Assembly: GCA_963706195.1 (NCBI GenBank)
Contig: OY970156.1
Span: 4,187,651-4,251,650 of the forward strand
From: an uncultured Pseudomonadota bacterium
GTDB taxonomy: Bacteria > Pseudomonadota > Alphaproteobacteria > Acetobacterales > Acetobacteraceae
Length of the DNA stretch: 64,000 bases
Reading direction: 5' to 3'
Both the position numbers and the translations under genes were made by a program. This document shows positions 1 to 9,564 of the stretch, one piece after another. The first letter of the stretch is position 1. Each line of letters starts with the position of its first letter. Under the pieces are notes generated by a model, which was not told where the DNA came from, made no database searches, and worked only from the letters and a program-made list of their open reading frames with translations.

Positions 1-2
1 CC

Positions 3-95
3 GGCGTGCTGCGCGCAGCCGGCGCTCCCGGGCGGCGGCGGCTGAGCGCGATCGAGGCGGCGCACGACGCGCTGGAGGAGATCGAGAAGCCTTGA
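3..95 (+). CDS. 3' end of an unidentified CDS entering from the left edge
   Basis: Frame 3 is open from the window edge to TGA at 93-95 (...AIEAAHDALEEIEKP*). It is too short to assign a family. Confidence 0.2.
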   Translation, partial: GVLRAAGAPGRRRLSAIEAAHDALEEIEKP

Positions 96-353
96 GCGAG
101 GCACCGTCGTTTGCGCCGAAGCGAGGCTGGGTGCGTCGTCGGGCCGCGCGTCTTTTCGGGTGCGGGTCTTTGGTCGTTGCCGGCGTGTTGCGTTGGCATG
201 TCGGCAACCGCGCGGACGATGGCGGATAAGCAAGCGGGTTCCGGGGCGGCTCCCGACCTGGCCTGCTGCTGGATTTCTAACCCGTCCTGCTGAAGGATGG
301 GCTGCACCGCATCATCGCATAGGCATCTTGCCTTATCGCGGTAGGGACGCGCA

Positions 354-1886
354 TTACTGCGCGCCCCCCGCACAGAACCGTACGGGCGGGATTCCCGCAT
401 ACGGCTCCCACCTTGGGTATTTGACGGCGAAGCGTGCGCCTGGCCACGGATGCGTGATACGCGGTTTCGGAAGCCACCGGTCGGCGAGCACGGTGATCCG
501 TTCCCACGACGTCCGGTCCTTCTGGCTGCGGCGCCGGAGCGTCCGCTGCCAGAGGCGCCGCACATGGTGGCGGAACGCCGCCAGGGCAGCGGAGTTGGTC
601 GGCACTGCGTGGTAGGCGAAGAACCCGCCCACCACCTGCCGCACCCACGCGCCCTGTTCGTCGACCGTGGTGTGCAGCCGGCGTCGCAACCCATCCTGAA
701 TCGCCCTCAACCGCGCTTGCACCCGATCGCGCCGGGACTTCCGCCGTAGCTGGAAGTCCCCGCATCGGCTGCGCCCGCAGATATGGGTGAACCCGAGGAA
801 GTTGAACGTTTCCGGCTTGCCTTCACCACGCTCCGCCCGGTTCAGCGCCGCAAAGCGGCCGAACCGGATCAGGCGTGTCTTCTCCGGATGCAAGGTCAAC
901 GCAAACCTTGCCAGCCGGTCCCGCATATCCGCCAGGAACCGCACGGCGTCGGCCTGGTGCTCGAAGCCGACGACGATGTCGTCGGCGTAGCGCACCATGA
1001 TGACGTCCCCGTGGGCATGGCGCTTGCGCCATTGTTCCGCCCACAGGTCGAAGACGTAATGCAGGTAGATGTTCGCCAGCAACGGCGAGATCACCGCACC
1101 TTGCGGCGTGCCCACCGTCCCAGGCGTCACCACCCCGTCCTCCGCCACCCCGGCCTTCAACCATTTGCGGATCAGGCGGAGTACCCGCCGGTCACCCACA
1201 CGGTGTTCCACGAAACGCAGCAGCCATTCGTGGCTGACCGCGTCAAAGAAACCGGCGATGTCGGCGTCCAGGACCCAGTTCACCTTGCACCGGGTGATCC
1301 CCACCGCGAGTGCGTCCAGCGCATCGTGCTGGCCGCGCCCAGGTCGGAACCCGTAGCTGAACCCCAGGAAATCCTGCTCCCAGATCGCGTTCAGCACTTC
1401 CACCAGCGCCCGCTGGACGATCTTGTCCTCCAGCGCCGCGATCCCCAACGGCCGCCGCCGTCCGTCCGGCTTCGGTATGAACACCCGCCGCGACGGCTGC
1501 GCTCGGTAGGCACCGCGATGGATGCGCTCATGCAGGTCTGCAAGCTTGCGCTCCAGACCGTCACCATACGCATCCCACGTCACCCCATCCATACCCGCCG
1601 ATGCCTCCCGCCGCAGCCAGCCATAGGCGGACCGCAGTAGATCGACATCCATGTGGTGCAGCAGGGCGGTGAACCGTTCCCCTTTCCGCTCCTTGGCCGC
1701 TTGCCGTACACGATCCAGCCCGTGGGACATGCTTGCCCGGCCCGGTGTCCGGCGCATGCCGTGCCCGATCGTGTTCCCCTCGGCCCCTTCCCTTGGCTCC
1801 ACCAACTCCGCGGGCGGTTGCCCAGCCGCGTTCGCCGGCTTCACAGCTACTATGGAAGGGTCTGACTTCTCAGCTCCGTGCATCAT
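354..1886 (-). CDS. Group II intron-encoded reverse transcriptase/maturase
   Basis: 510 aa from ATG 1886. The 959-aa track ORF extends antisense into the MFS gene and is rejected. RT blocks are present: RRVFIPKPDGRRRPLGI, QGAVISPLLANIYL and RYADDIVV (YADD). A maturase/X region follows and there is no HNH endonuclease tail. The ORF reads through domain V. Confidence 0.9.
   Translation of the reverse strand: MMHGAEKSDPSIVAVKPANAAGQPPAELVEPREGAEGNTIGHGMRRTPGRASMSHGLDRVRQAAKERKGERFTALLHHMDVDLLRSAYGWLRREASAGMDGVTWDAYGDGLERKLADLHERIHRGAYRAQPSRRVFIPKPDGRRRPLGIAALEDKIVQRALVEVLNAIWEQDFLGFSYGFRPGRGQHDALDALAVGITRCKVNWVLDADIAGFFDAVSHEWLLRFVEHRVGDRRVLRLIRKWLKAGVAEDGVVTPGTVGTPQGAVISPLLANIYLHYVFDLWAEQWRKRHAHGDVIMVRYADDIVVGFEHQADAVRFLADMRDRLARFALTLHPEKTRLIRFGRFAALNRAERGEGKPETFNFLGFTHICGRSRCGDFQLRRKSRRDRVQARLRAIQDGLRRRLHTTVDEQGAWVRQVVGGFFAYHAVPTNSAALAAFRHHVRRLWQRTLRRRSQKDRTSWERITVLADRWLPKPRITHPWPGARFAVKYPRWEPYAGIPPVRFCAGGAQ
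374..407 (-). ncRNA. Group II intron domain V (catalytic hairpin)
   Basis: A 34-nt hairpin with the conserved GAGCCGUAU...GUACGGUUCU arms and the AGC triad. Confidence 0.85.
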
Positions 1887-2489
1887 CGGCTTCGGCCCTC
1901 CGGCCTTCCCGATGCGGGCCGTCCCTCGCGGGGCGGCCGGACCTGAGATTTCCCGGTTCCCGGACAAGAGGTTTCGCCGACGTGCCAGGGTCTCAGACCA
2001 CGCGGGACCGGCAGGGCACTCGCGATAACGCGCCCCACCGTGCTGCCTTCCGTCACAGAGACAACGTCGGCATCCCGGAACAAGAGACTTTCGCGGCTCA
2101 ATACCTGGCCCAGCGGCGCCCCTGTCAACGCTTCGCCCCGCACCTCGCGGTGGGAGGCGCATGAACTCGGGGCCGATGTGGTTCGCTCTACCTTTCATCG
2201 TGAAGGACTTGCACCCTCTCCTCTTGCCGGTCTCCCGGCGCACCTCTGCGACCTCTGGTCCTCTGCGCCCTCTGCGTTGAAACGCAAGAAGCGACGGGGA
2301 CGAACCTCCCGGGCGAACCGATACGACGCAAGCGGCCATCGCACGGCAGCCGCCCCATCGCTCCTCGAACGGGCAGCCCCCGGATCCACAGAAATCAGCT
2401 TTTCTATACCACTTTGCACGAAATATGCTTTTCATGCCCTCCGCAACCCCCGCGCAGCCACGCCCCGGGGCCACATCACGGAGGTATAA

Positions 2490-3944
2490 ATGCCCGACCA
2501 TGACCCCGCGTCGCCGCCCGACCCGCCGCGCTTGCGCGCGCTCGAGCGCGCCTTGAACAGCATCGGCACCACCGGCGCCCATCGCAGCATCCTCGCGCTG
2601 GTGATCGCCGGCTGCGTGTTCGACAGTTTCGAGCAGAACACCATCGGCATCGTCGGCCCGGTGCTGCACCAGGCCTGGGGCATCGGCGCCGCCGCGATCG
2701 GCCTGCTGAACACCGTCACCTTCGCCTCCGCCGCCGTCGGCCGGCTGCTGTCGGGCTATTTCGGGGATCGCTACGGGCGGCGGACGATGCTCACCATCGA
2801 CCTGACGCTGTTCACCCTGGGCGCCATCATTTGTGCAGTTGCCCCGAATTTCGGCACGCTTGCCGGCGGGCGCGCCATTGTCGGCTTCGGCCTCGGCGGC
2901 GAGATTTCCATTGCCGTCACCATGCTGGCCGAGTTCTGCTCGGCGCGCTTCCGCGGCACCGCGGTCGGGCTGATCAATGTCGGCGCCGGCGGGGTGGGCA
3001 ATTTCCTCGCCCCTGCCCTCGGCCTGCTGGTGTTCGCGCTGTTCCCCGGCCCGGACCGGTGGCGCTTCCTGTTCGCCGTCCTGGTGCTGCCGGCGGTGCT
3101 GGTCGTGTTCTACCGCCGTTTCGTGCCCGAAACACCGCGCTTCCTGCTCTCCCGCGGCGATGTGCGCGGCGCCAATCGCGTGCTGTCCGTGCTGGCGTCG
3201 GGCCGGTTGTCGGCGCGCGAGGTTACGGTGCACGACTACATTCCCGCAGGCGCCGCCGCGGCCGAACCGTCCGCGCCGCCCACCCGGCTCGGCGAGATCT
3301 TCCGGGGCCCGTTCGCCCGGCGCACCATTCCGGTCTCGATCGCCACCTGGATGACGTACGGCGCGCAGATCACCGTGCTCACCCTGATGCCGACGGTGCT
3401 GGTGTCGGAGGGCTACACGATCACCCGCAGCCTGGTGTTCACCATGGTGATCCAGGCGGGCAGCCTGCTCGGCACATCAGTCGCCTCGGTGTTCGGCTTC
3501 CACCTGCCGCGCAAGCCGGTGCTGACCGCGGGTGCGATCCTCGCGTGCCTGGCCGCACTCGGGTTCGGCTTCCTCGGCGCCAACGTCGGGCTGGTGCTGT
3601 TCTTCGGCGCCACCTTCCAGTTCTTCGTCCTGCTGCTCAACACCACGGTGTTCATGTATGCGCCCGAACTCTATCCGACCCACATCCGTGCCTTCGGCAC
3701 CGCCTTCATCCTGGCCGTCGGCACGGCGTCCGGCGCGCTGATGCCGCTGATCTCCGGGCGATTGTTCCAGAGCTTCGGCATGGGCGCCGTGTTCGTCCTG
3801 ATCGCCGCGATGTACGCGGTGTTCGCGCTGAGCGTGCAGCTTGCACCGGAGACCTTCGGCCGCTCCCTGGAGGACCTGCGCCTGCCCGCCACGCCGGCGG
3901 CGGTGGCGGCGGGCGTCTTCGCCACGACCGCCGCCCGGCTATGA
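2490..3944 (+). CDS. MFS transporter (metabolite:H+ symporter-like)
   Basis: 484 aa. GGAGG lies 8 nt upstream of the ATG. There are many hydrophobic spans and the MFS loop signature GDRYGRR. Confidence 0.85.
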   Translation: MPDHDPASPPDPPRLRALERALNSIGTTGAHRSILALVIAGCVFDSFEQNTIGIVGPVLHQAWGIGAAAIGLLNTVTFASAAVGRLLSGYFGDRYGRRTMLTIDLTLFTLGAIICAVAPNFGTLAGGRAIVGFGLGGEISIAVTMLAEFCSARFRGTAVGLINVGAGGVGNFLAPALGLLVFALFPGPDRWRFLFAVLVLPAVLVVFYRRFVPETPRFLLSRGDVRGANRVLSVLASGRLSAREVTVHDYIPAGAAAAEPSAPPTRLGEIFRGPFARRTIPVSIATWMTYGAQITVLTLMPTVLVSEGYTITRSLVFTMVIQAGSLLGTSVASVFGFHLPRKPVLTAGAILACLAALGFGFLGANVGLVLFFGATFQFFVLLLNTTVFMYAPELYPTHIRAFGTAFILAVGTASGALMPLISGRLFQSFGMGAVFVLIAAMYAVFALSVQLAPETFGRSLEDLRLPATPAAVAAGVFATTAARL

Positions 3945-4615
3945 TCCGCCCAGCCATGATCCGCATCGTCCTGATCAACCCCAACACGTCGGCGGCCACG
4001 ACGGCGATGATGGTCGGGATCGCGCAGGCTGCCGCCCCGCCCGGGGTCGGGATCATCGGTGCGACGGCGCGCCGGGGCGTGCCGATGATCCTGGAGGCGG
4101 CGGAACTCGCCGCGGCCGCGGCGGAGGTGGTGGAAATCGGCCTGCGCCATGCGGACAGCGCGGACGGGATCGTCATCGGCGCCTTCGGCGATCCCGGCCT
4201 CGTGGCGCTGCGCAGGCGGACGACGGTACCGGTGGCGGGACTCTGCGAAGCGGCGATGCGGGAGGCCGCCGCCGGCGGCCGCCGCTTCGGGGTGGCCACC
4301 GTGACACCGGGCCTCGCCGGCCCGATCGCCGCGCGGGCGCGCGACCTCGGGCTTGCCCACCTCTACGCCGGCATCCGCCTGACGCCGGAGCCGCCGGCCG
4401 CGCTCGCCGCCGATCCGCCGGCGCTGGAGGCGGCGCTCGCCGCGGCGGTCGAACTCTGCATCCGCCGCGACGGCGCCGCGGCGGTCGTGATCGGCGGCGG
4501 CCCGCTCGGCGCGGCGGCCAGGGCGCTCGCGGAGCGCTGGGAGGTGCCGGTCATCGCCCCCGTCCCGGCGGCCCTGCGCGCGTTGCTGCGGGCGTTTGCG
4601 GCCGGCGGTGCATGA
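3941..4615 (+). CDS. Asp/Glu/hydantoin racemase family protein
   Basis: 224 aa with an ATGA overlap onto the MFS stop. The blocks VLINPNTS, AFGDPGL and PVAGLCEAA are typical of HyuE-like racemases. Confidence 0.75.
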   Translation: MIRPAMIRIVLINPNTSAATTAMMVGIAQAAAPPGVGIIGATARRGVPMILEAAELAAAAAEVVEIGLRHADSADGIVIGAFGDPGLVALRRRTTVPVAGLCEAAMREAAAGGRRFGVATVTPGLAGPIAARARDLGLAHLYAGIRLTPEPPAALAADPPALEAALAAAVELCIRRDGAAAVVIGGGPLGAAARALAERWEVPVIAPVPAALRALLRAFAAGGA

Positions 4616-4894
4616 CGTGGGCAGCGGTCTCCCTCCCCGCGCGGAGAAAAGCGGTCTGGAGCCGCCTGGCCGCGCGGCGCGATCAGCCTGCCCTTGTATC
4701 GGGGAGATCGCGTTGTCTCCGGTGCGGACGTCCCGCATCGATGCCGCACGTGCCAGCGCAGGGACCCCGGGCGCGCCGACTGACACGGTTTGGTCACGAA
4801 GCTGTGCCTGCCGCCGTACCCTCTTGTTTCCTGCCGGGCGCTCGGCAACCATGCGCGGCTCTCCATATCTCCACGTGGCATCAAGGCAGGTTGA

Positions 4895-5701
4895 GTGGAC
4901 GGGGACGAACACACCGCCTCGGTTGCGCCCACCGGCCTTGAGCATCCGCAGGCGGAGCTTGAGCGTCTGCAGGCGGAAATCGCGGAGTTGCGCGAGGCCG
5001 TGCGTGCGCGCGACATCTTCATGTCCGTCGCCGCGCACGAGCTGCGCAACCCGATGGCACCGCTGGTCGGCCGGATCAGCCTGCTGCAGGCGCAGGTGGA
5101 CCGCGCCGGCGACAAGGTGCCGCCCAGGGTCGCCCAGGGCATCCGCCAGCTCGACGTGATCCTGCGCCGCTATGTCCGCCGCACGATCACCCTGCTCGAC
5201 ATCTCCCGCCTAACCTCCGGCCGGTTCGCCCTCGATCCGACCGAGATCGACGTCTCCGCCGTGCTCGCCCGGCTGGTGGAGGATTTCGCGGCGCATGCGG
5301 AATTGGCCGGCTCGGTCGTCGCGGCCGCGATCGAACCCGGGATCGTCGGGATGTTCGATCCCACCGCGATCGAGGAGATCGCCGAGAACCTGATCTCGAA
5401 CGCGGTCAAATACGGCGAAGGCAAGCCGATCGACGTGACCGTGGCGCGCGAAGGCGGCGCGCTCCGCCTGCAGGTGCGCGATCACGGCCCCGGCGTCTCC
5501 GCCGACGACCGCGGCCGCATCTTCGAACGCTTCGAACGCCTGGCCGGCACCCGGCCCGCCAACGGCTTCGGCCTCGGCCTCTGGGTCGTCGGGCAGTTGA
5601 CCGAGGCGATGGGCGGCACGATCGCGGTCGAGGCGGGCGACGGCGGGGGATCCATCTTCACGGTCCGGATTCCGCTGCGGACTGCACCCGGGGGCGCATG
5701 A
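4895..5701 (+). CDS. Cytoplasmic histidine kinase without sensor or TM domain
   Basis: GTG start. A short coiled-coil precedes the H-box SVAAHELRNPM. N-box LISNAVKYG, G1 DHGPGV and G2 GFGLGL are present. Confidence 0.85.
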   Translation: MDGDEHTASVAPTGLEHPQAELERLQAEIAELREAVRARDIFMSVAAHELRNPMAPLVGRISLLQAQVDRAGDKVPPRVAQGIRQLDVILRRYVRRTITLLDISRLTSGRFALDPTEIDVSAVLARLVEDFAAHAELAGSVVAAAIEPGIVGMFDPTAIEEIAENLISNAVKYGEGKPIDVTVAREGGALRLQVRDHGPGVSADDRGRIFERFERLAGTRPANGFGLGLWVVGQLTEAMGGTIAVEAGDGGGSIFTVRIPLRTAPGGA

Positions 5702-7314
5702 ACGTGACGTCAGACCCGTCCGAACCGGCCCGGCGGCTGGATAAAGTGCCGAGCGGGCTGGGCGGCCTGGACGCGATCCTGCGCGGCGGGTTCCTCGAAG
5801 GCGGTATGACCATCATCCAGGGCCGGCCGGGCAGCGGGAAGACCATCTTCGGCAACCAGCTCTGCTTCAACCACGTCATCGCCGGCGGGCGCGCGCTCTA
5901 TGTGACCCTGCTCGCGGAAAGCCACGCGCGGATGCTGCTGCATATCGGCGGGCTCAGCTTCTTTCGCGCCGAGGTCATCCCGGACCAGCTCTCCTATGTC
6001 AGCGCCTTCCCAGTGCTGGAAAGCGACGGCACGGGCGGCCTGCTCACCCTGCTGCGCCAAGAGATGCGGCGCCGCGACGTGACCCTGCTGGTGCTGGACG
6101 GGCTGGCCGCCGCCGAGCAGGCCGCCGGGTCCAACATGGCGTTCAAGAAGTTCATCCACGAGCTGCAGACGCTGGCCTCCGTCGCCGGCTGCACCATGTT
6201 TCTGCTGGCGGGCAGCGGCGGCGACCGCGCCGACGTGGCGCCGGAACACACGATGGTCGATTGCGTCATCGAGCTGAGAAGCCGGCTGCACGGCTGGCGC
6301 GCGCAGCGCACGCTCGAGATCCTGAAGCGCCGCGGCGACGGCTACCTGCGCGGGGCGCATGCGTTCCGCATCGACGACGACGGCATCGTCGTGTTCCCCC
6401 GCTTCGAGGCGCTGCTGGGTGCGCCCGCGGGCGGCGACCGCGGCGAGCGGGCGGACGGACCCAGGGCGTCCACCGGTCTCGCGCCGCTCGACGACATGCT
6501 GGACGGTGGCCTGCCGCGCAATTCGAGCACCTTGCTGCTCGGTCCCCCGGGCAGCGGCAAGACGACGCTCGGCCTGCATTTCCTGAGCCCGTGCAGCGCC
6601 GAGGAGCCGGGCCTCTTCTTCGGCTTCTACGAGACCGCCGGCGTGATCCGCGCCAAGGCCGAGGCGCTGGACCTGCCGCTCGCCCGCCACTTCGCGACCG
6701 GCGCGGTGGAGATGCTCTGGCAGCCGACGACGGAGGCGCTGCTGGACGAGGCCTGCGCCCGACTGCTCGCCGCCGTGCGCGCCCGCACGGTGCGCCGGTT
6801 GTTCCTGGACGGGATCGGCGGGCTGCTGAAGCTGGCCGACGACCCCGATCGGGTCGGCTACGTGCTGACCGCCTTGTTCAACGAGCTGCGCGGCCATCGG
6901 GTGGCAAGCGTCGTGACCAAGGAAACCGAGGATCTGCTGGGCAGCCCGTGGTCGGCGCCGGGCAGCGGCCTCGCCGGCGGCAGCGTGTCCGACATCGCCG
7001 ACAACATCCTGCTGTTCCAGGTGGTCCGGCAGCGGTCCCGCTTCTGGCGCACGGTCTCCACCTTCAAGGCGCGCGACAGCCGGATCGACGACCGGACGCG
7101 GCTGTTCGAGATCGGCCGGCACGGGCTCGCCATCGACCCGTCCCCGGACCGAGCCGAGGCCGTGCTCGGCGAAGCCCCGGGGGATGCCCCCGGGGATGCC
7201 CTGGGGGATGCCCTGGGCGAGCCGGATGGGGACAACGGGCCGCCGGCCGGGGGAGCGCGGCCCGAGGGAGCGCGGCCCGGGGGCGCGCAGCACTGGCGGC
7301 GCCGGGGCGCCTAG
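5698..7314 (+). CDS. KaiC-like double RecA-fold ATPase
   Basis: 538 aa with an ATGA overlap onto the kinase stop. There are two tandem KaiC/RadA-like domains, each with GGLD/LDDMLDGG followed by Walker A (GRPGSGKT at 5821-5844, GPPGSGKT at 6541-6564). The C-terminal tail is low-complexity GDAP/GDAL repeats. Confidence 0.8.
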   Translation: MNVTSDPSEPARRLDKVPSGLGGLDAILRGGFLEGGMTIIQGRPGSGKTIFGNQLCFNHVIAGGRALYVTLLAESHARMLLHIGGLSFFRAEVIPDQLSYVSAFPVLESDGTGGLLTLLRQEMRRRDVTLLVLDGLAAAEQAAGSNMAFKKFIHELQTLASVAGCTMFLLAGSGGDRADVAPEHTMVDCVIELRSRLHGWRAQRTLEILKRRGDGYLRGAHAFRIDDDGIVVFPRFEALLGAPAGGDRGERADGPRASTGLAPLDDMLDGGLPRNSSTLLLGPPGSGKTTLGLHFLSPCSAEEPGLFFGFYETAGVIRAKAEALDLPLARHFATGAVEMLWQPTTEALLDEACARLLAAVRARTVRRLFLDGIGGLLKLADDPDRVGYVLTALFNELRGHRVASVVTKETEDLLGSPWSAPGSGLAGGSVSDIADNILLFQVVRQRSRFWRTVSTFKARDSRIDDRTRLFEIGRHGLAIDPSPDRAEAVLGEAPGDAPGDALGDALGEPDGDNGPPAGGARPEGARPGGAQHWRRRGA

Positions 7315-7318
7315 GCTC

Positions 7319-7696
7319 GTGGCCAGGATCCTCGTCGTGGACGACGAATTCGGCGTCGGCGAATTGCTGCGGGAGGTGCTCGACGAGGAGGGCCACGCCG
7401 TCCGGCTGGCGATCAACGGCCGGCAGGGGCTCGAACTGATGGCTGCGGAGCGGCCCGACCTCGTGATCCTGGATTACATGATGCCGGTGCTCAACGGCGC
7501 CGGCGTGCTCAAGGCGATGCGGGAGGACCCGAAGCTCGCGGATATCCCGGTCATCGTCACGAGCTCCCTGCCGGAAGCGACGGTCGCCGAGCGGGCGCCG
7601 GGATATGCGGGGTTCATCCGCAAGCCGTACCAGATCGGCACGATCGTCGCGCGCGTGGCGGCGGCGCTGGACGGCGCCACGCGGGACCCCGGCTAG
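7319..7696 (+). CDS. Single-domain response regulator (CheY-like receiver)
   Basis: GTG at 7319, 5 nt after the kaiC-like stop. ILVVDDE, the acceptor Asp in DLVILDYMMP, and IRKPY are present. There is no output domain. Confidence 0.85.
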   Translation: MARILVVDDEFGVGELLREVLDEEGHAVRLAINGRQGLELMAAERPDLVILDYMMPVLNGAGVLKAMREDPKLADIPVIVTSSLPEATVAERAPGYAGFIRKPYQIGTIVARVAAALDGATRDPG

Positions 7697-7810
7697 ACGA
7701 CGACGGCGGTCTGCGGCTCGGGCGGTTGCCACAAATCGTCACATGTCGGGCATGCGGATGCCACATGAAGGCACCCAATATGGGGCGTCCAACAGTGGTG
7801 GGTTGCGCTC

Positions 7811-8053
7811 ATGTCTTCTGAGATTCATGCGGATTGCGGCCTGCGGGCGATCGTCCGGGACCCGCTGGTGCGGCTAGTGATGGCGAGCGATGGCGTGGCC
7901 GAGGCCGACCTGGTGGCGCTCATGCACCGGGTCAGGCGGGCGCTGCGCAGCGACGAGGCGGGCACGACCCGCGAGATCGGGTTCGGGGCCGCCCCCCTGC
8001 CGCCGGTCGCGCCGGGGTGGGGCCGCGTGCTCGGATCGTCCTGCTGGCGGTGA
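7811..8053 (+). CDS. Hypothetical small protein
   Basis: An 80-aa ORF in an otherwise empty 550-bp gap. No recognisable motif. Confidence 0.25.
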   Translation: MSSEIHADCGLRAIVRDPLVRLVMASDGVAEADLVALMHRVRRALRSDEAGTTREIGFGAAPLPPVAPGWGRVLGSSCWR

Positions 8054-8244
8054 CGCGGCGTGGGGTGGGCTGCTCCTTCACCCCTCCCGCGCTGCGGAAG
8101 GGGTAGCGGGGCGGGCGAGGGTCCTGGCGGGACCTCCAGGGGATTTGACAAACGGACCCGGACCCATAGCTTACGGCCCCCGTCGCGGGCGCCGGGCGAG
8201 ACTGCCGACCGCGCCGGCGTCCCCCTCCCAGAAGGACATCCCCC

Positions 8245-9444
8245 ATGCCCATCCTGTCCGGGCGCATGAGCCAACTCGGCACCGAATCCGCCTTCGAGGT
8301 GCTGGCGCGCGCCAATGCGCTTGCCCGCGCCGGGCGAAGCATCATCAACCTCGGCATCGGCCAGCCCGATTTCGCCACCCCGGCGCATATCGTCGAAGCC
8401 GGAATGAAGGCGCTCGCCGACGGGCATCACGGCTATACGCCGGCGAACGGCATCCTGCCGCTGCGCGAGGCGGTGGCCGCCGACCTGCACCGCCGCCACG
8501 GCGTAAGCATCTCCCCCGATCGCGTGCTGGTGGTGCCGGGCGGCAAGGTGACGATGTTCTTCGCCATCATGATGTTCGGCGAGCCCGGCGCAGAGATCAT
8601 CTACCCGAACCCCGGCTTCCCGATCTACGAGAGCGTGATCCGCTTCTCCGGCGCCACCCCGGTGCCGATGCGCCTGCACGAGGCCAAGGGCTTCTCCTTC
8701 GATGCCGACGAAGTGCTGGCGCAGATCACGCCGCAGACAAGGCTGCTGATCCTGAACAGCCCCGGCAATCCGACCGGCGGCGTCGCGCCCAGGAGCGAGA
8801 TCGACCGCTTGGTCGCCGGCCTCGCGCGCCATCCGGACGTCGCGGTCATGTCGGACGAAATCTACGGCGAGATGCTGTACGAAGGCACGCACGTCAGCCT
8901 GACCAGCTATCCCGAGCTGGAGGACCGGCTGATCCTGCTCGATGGCTGGAGCAAGACCTACGCGATGACCGGCTGGCGGCTGGGCTACGGGGTGTGGCCG
9001 GCGGCGCTGTTCCCGTATGCGGAACGGCTGGCGATCAATTCGCACTCCTGCGTCAATGCGTCGGCGCAATATGCCGGCATCGCCGCGATGACCGGTCCGC
9101 GCGAGCCCGTTGCGCGCATGATGGCGGCCTTTGCCGAGCGCCGGGCCTATATCGTTCCGGCCCTGAACGCGCTGCCCGGCTTCCGCTGCGCGACGCCGGG
9201 CGGCGCGTTCTATGCGTTCCCGAATGTCACGGCGACGGGGTTCGATGCGCGCACCCTGCAATCGCGGCTGCTGGACGAGGCAGGCGTCGCCACGGTGTCG
9301 GGCACCAGCTTCGGCGCGCTCGGCGATGGGCATCTGCGCTTCTCCTACGCGGCGAGCCTGGACGCGCTGAAGGAGGCCGTCGGCCGCATCGGCGACTGGC
9401 TGGGTAAGCAGAACACGGACGCGCAGGCGCGCGCCGAGGCGTGA
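8245..9444 (+). CDS. Class I/II PLP-dependent aminotransferase (aspartate aminotransferase-like)
   Basis: 399 aa. NSPGNPTG and the PLP-lysine block SKTYAMTGWRLGY are present. Confidence 0.9.
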   Translation: MPILSGRMSQLGTESAFEVLARANALARAGRSIINLGIGQPDFATPAHIVEAGMKALADGHHGYTPANGILPLREAVAADLHRRHGVSISPDRVLVVPGGKVTMFFAIMMFGEPGAEIIYPNPGFPIYESVIRFSGATPVPMRLHEAKGFSFDADEVLAQITPQTRLLILNSPGNPTGGVAPRSEIDRLVAGLARHPDVAVMSDEIYGEMLYEGTHVSLTSYPELEDRLILLDGWSKTYAMTGWRLGYGVWPAALFPYAERLAINSHSCVNASAQYAGIAAMTGPREPVARMMAAFAERRAYIVPALNALPGFRCATPGGAFYAFPNVTATGFDARTLQSRLLDEAGVATVSGTSFGALGDGHLRFSYAASLDALKEAVGRIGDWLGKQNTDAQARAEA

Positions 9445-9564
9445 GGCCGCGCCGATGTTCCGGGTCAGGCGATTGCCCTGGCCGGATACCCACATCGCTT
9501 GCATCGGCGCGCCCGGTCTGCGACCTTCCGGTGCCATCGTAATTAAACCAGCCGGAGGTCGGAC

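Larger units (their letters stand above)
341..2344 (-). mobile_element. Group II intron, about 2.0 kb, complete-looking
   Basis: It contains an RT/maturase ORF. Canonical domain V GAGCCGUAUGCGGGAAUCCCGCCCGUACGGUUCU lies at 407-374. A GC hairpin (putative domain VI) follows, with ...CCCUAC ending at 341. GUGCG at 2344-2340 lies about 460 nt upstream of the ORF. The ends are inferred, not proven. Confidence 0.75.

Noticed and set aside
354-3233. 959-aa minus-strand ORF in the track
   Set aside because: Only the C-terminal 510 aa (354-1886) look like a protein (RT/maturase). The N-terminal part is intron RNA domains plus the antisense strand of the MFS gene. Long shadow ORFs are expected in DNA this GC-rich.
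7178-7283. CRISPR-like repeats (also considered for 23601-23776 and the parS units)
   Set aside because: These are contiguous tandem repeats or palindromes without unique spacers, and they lie inside or at the ends of coding regions. No cas genes are present.
8060-8150. GC-rich REP-like hairpin (CACCCCTCCCGCGCTGCGGAAGGGGTA) upstream of the aminotransferase gene
   Set aside because: The stem is imperfect and there is a single copy in this window. It resembles common alphaproteobacterial intergenic repeats, and nothing specific can be concluded.
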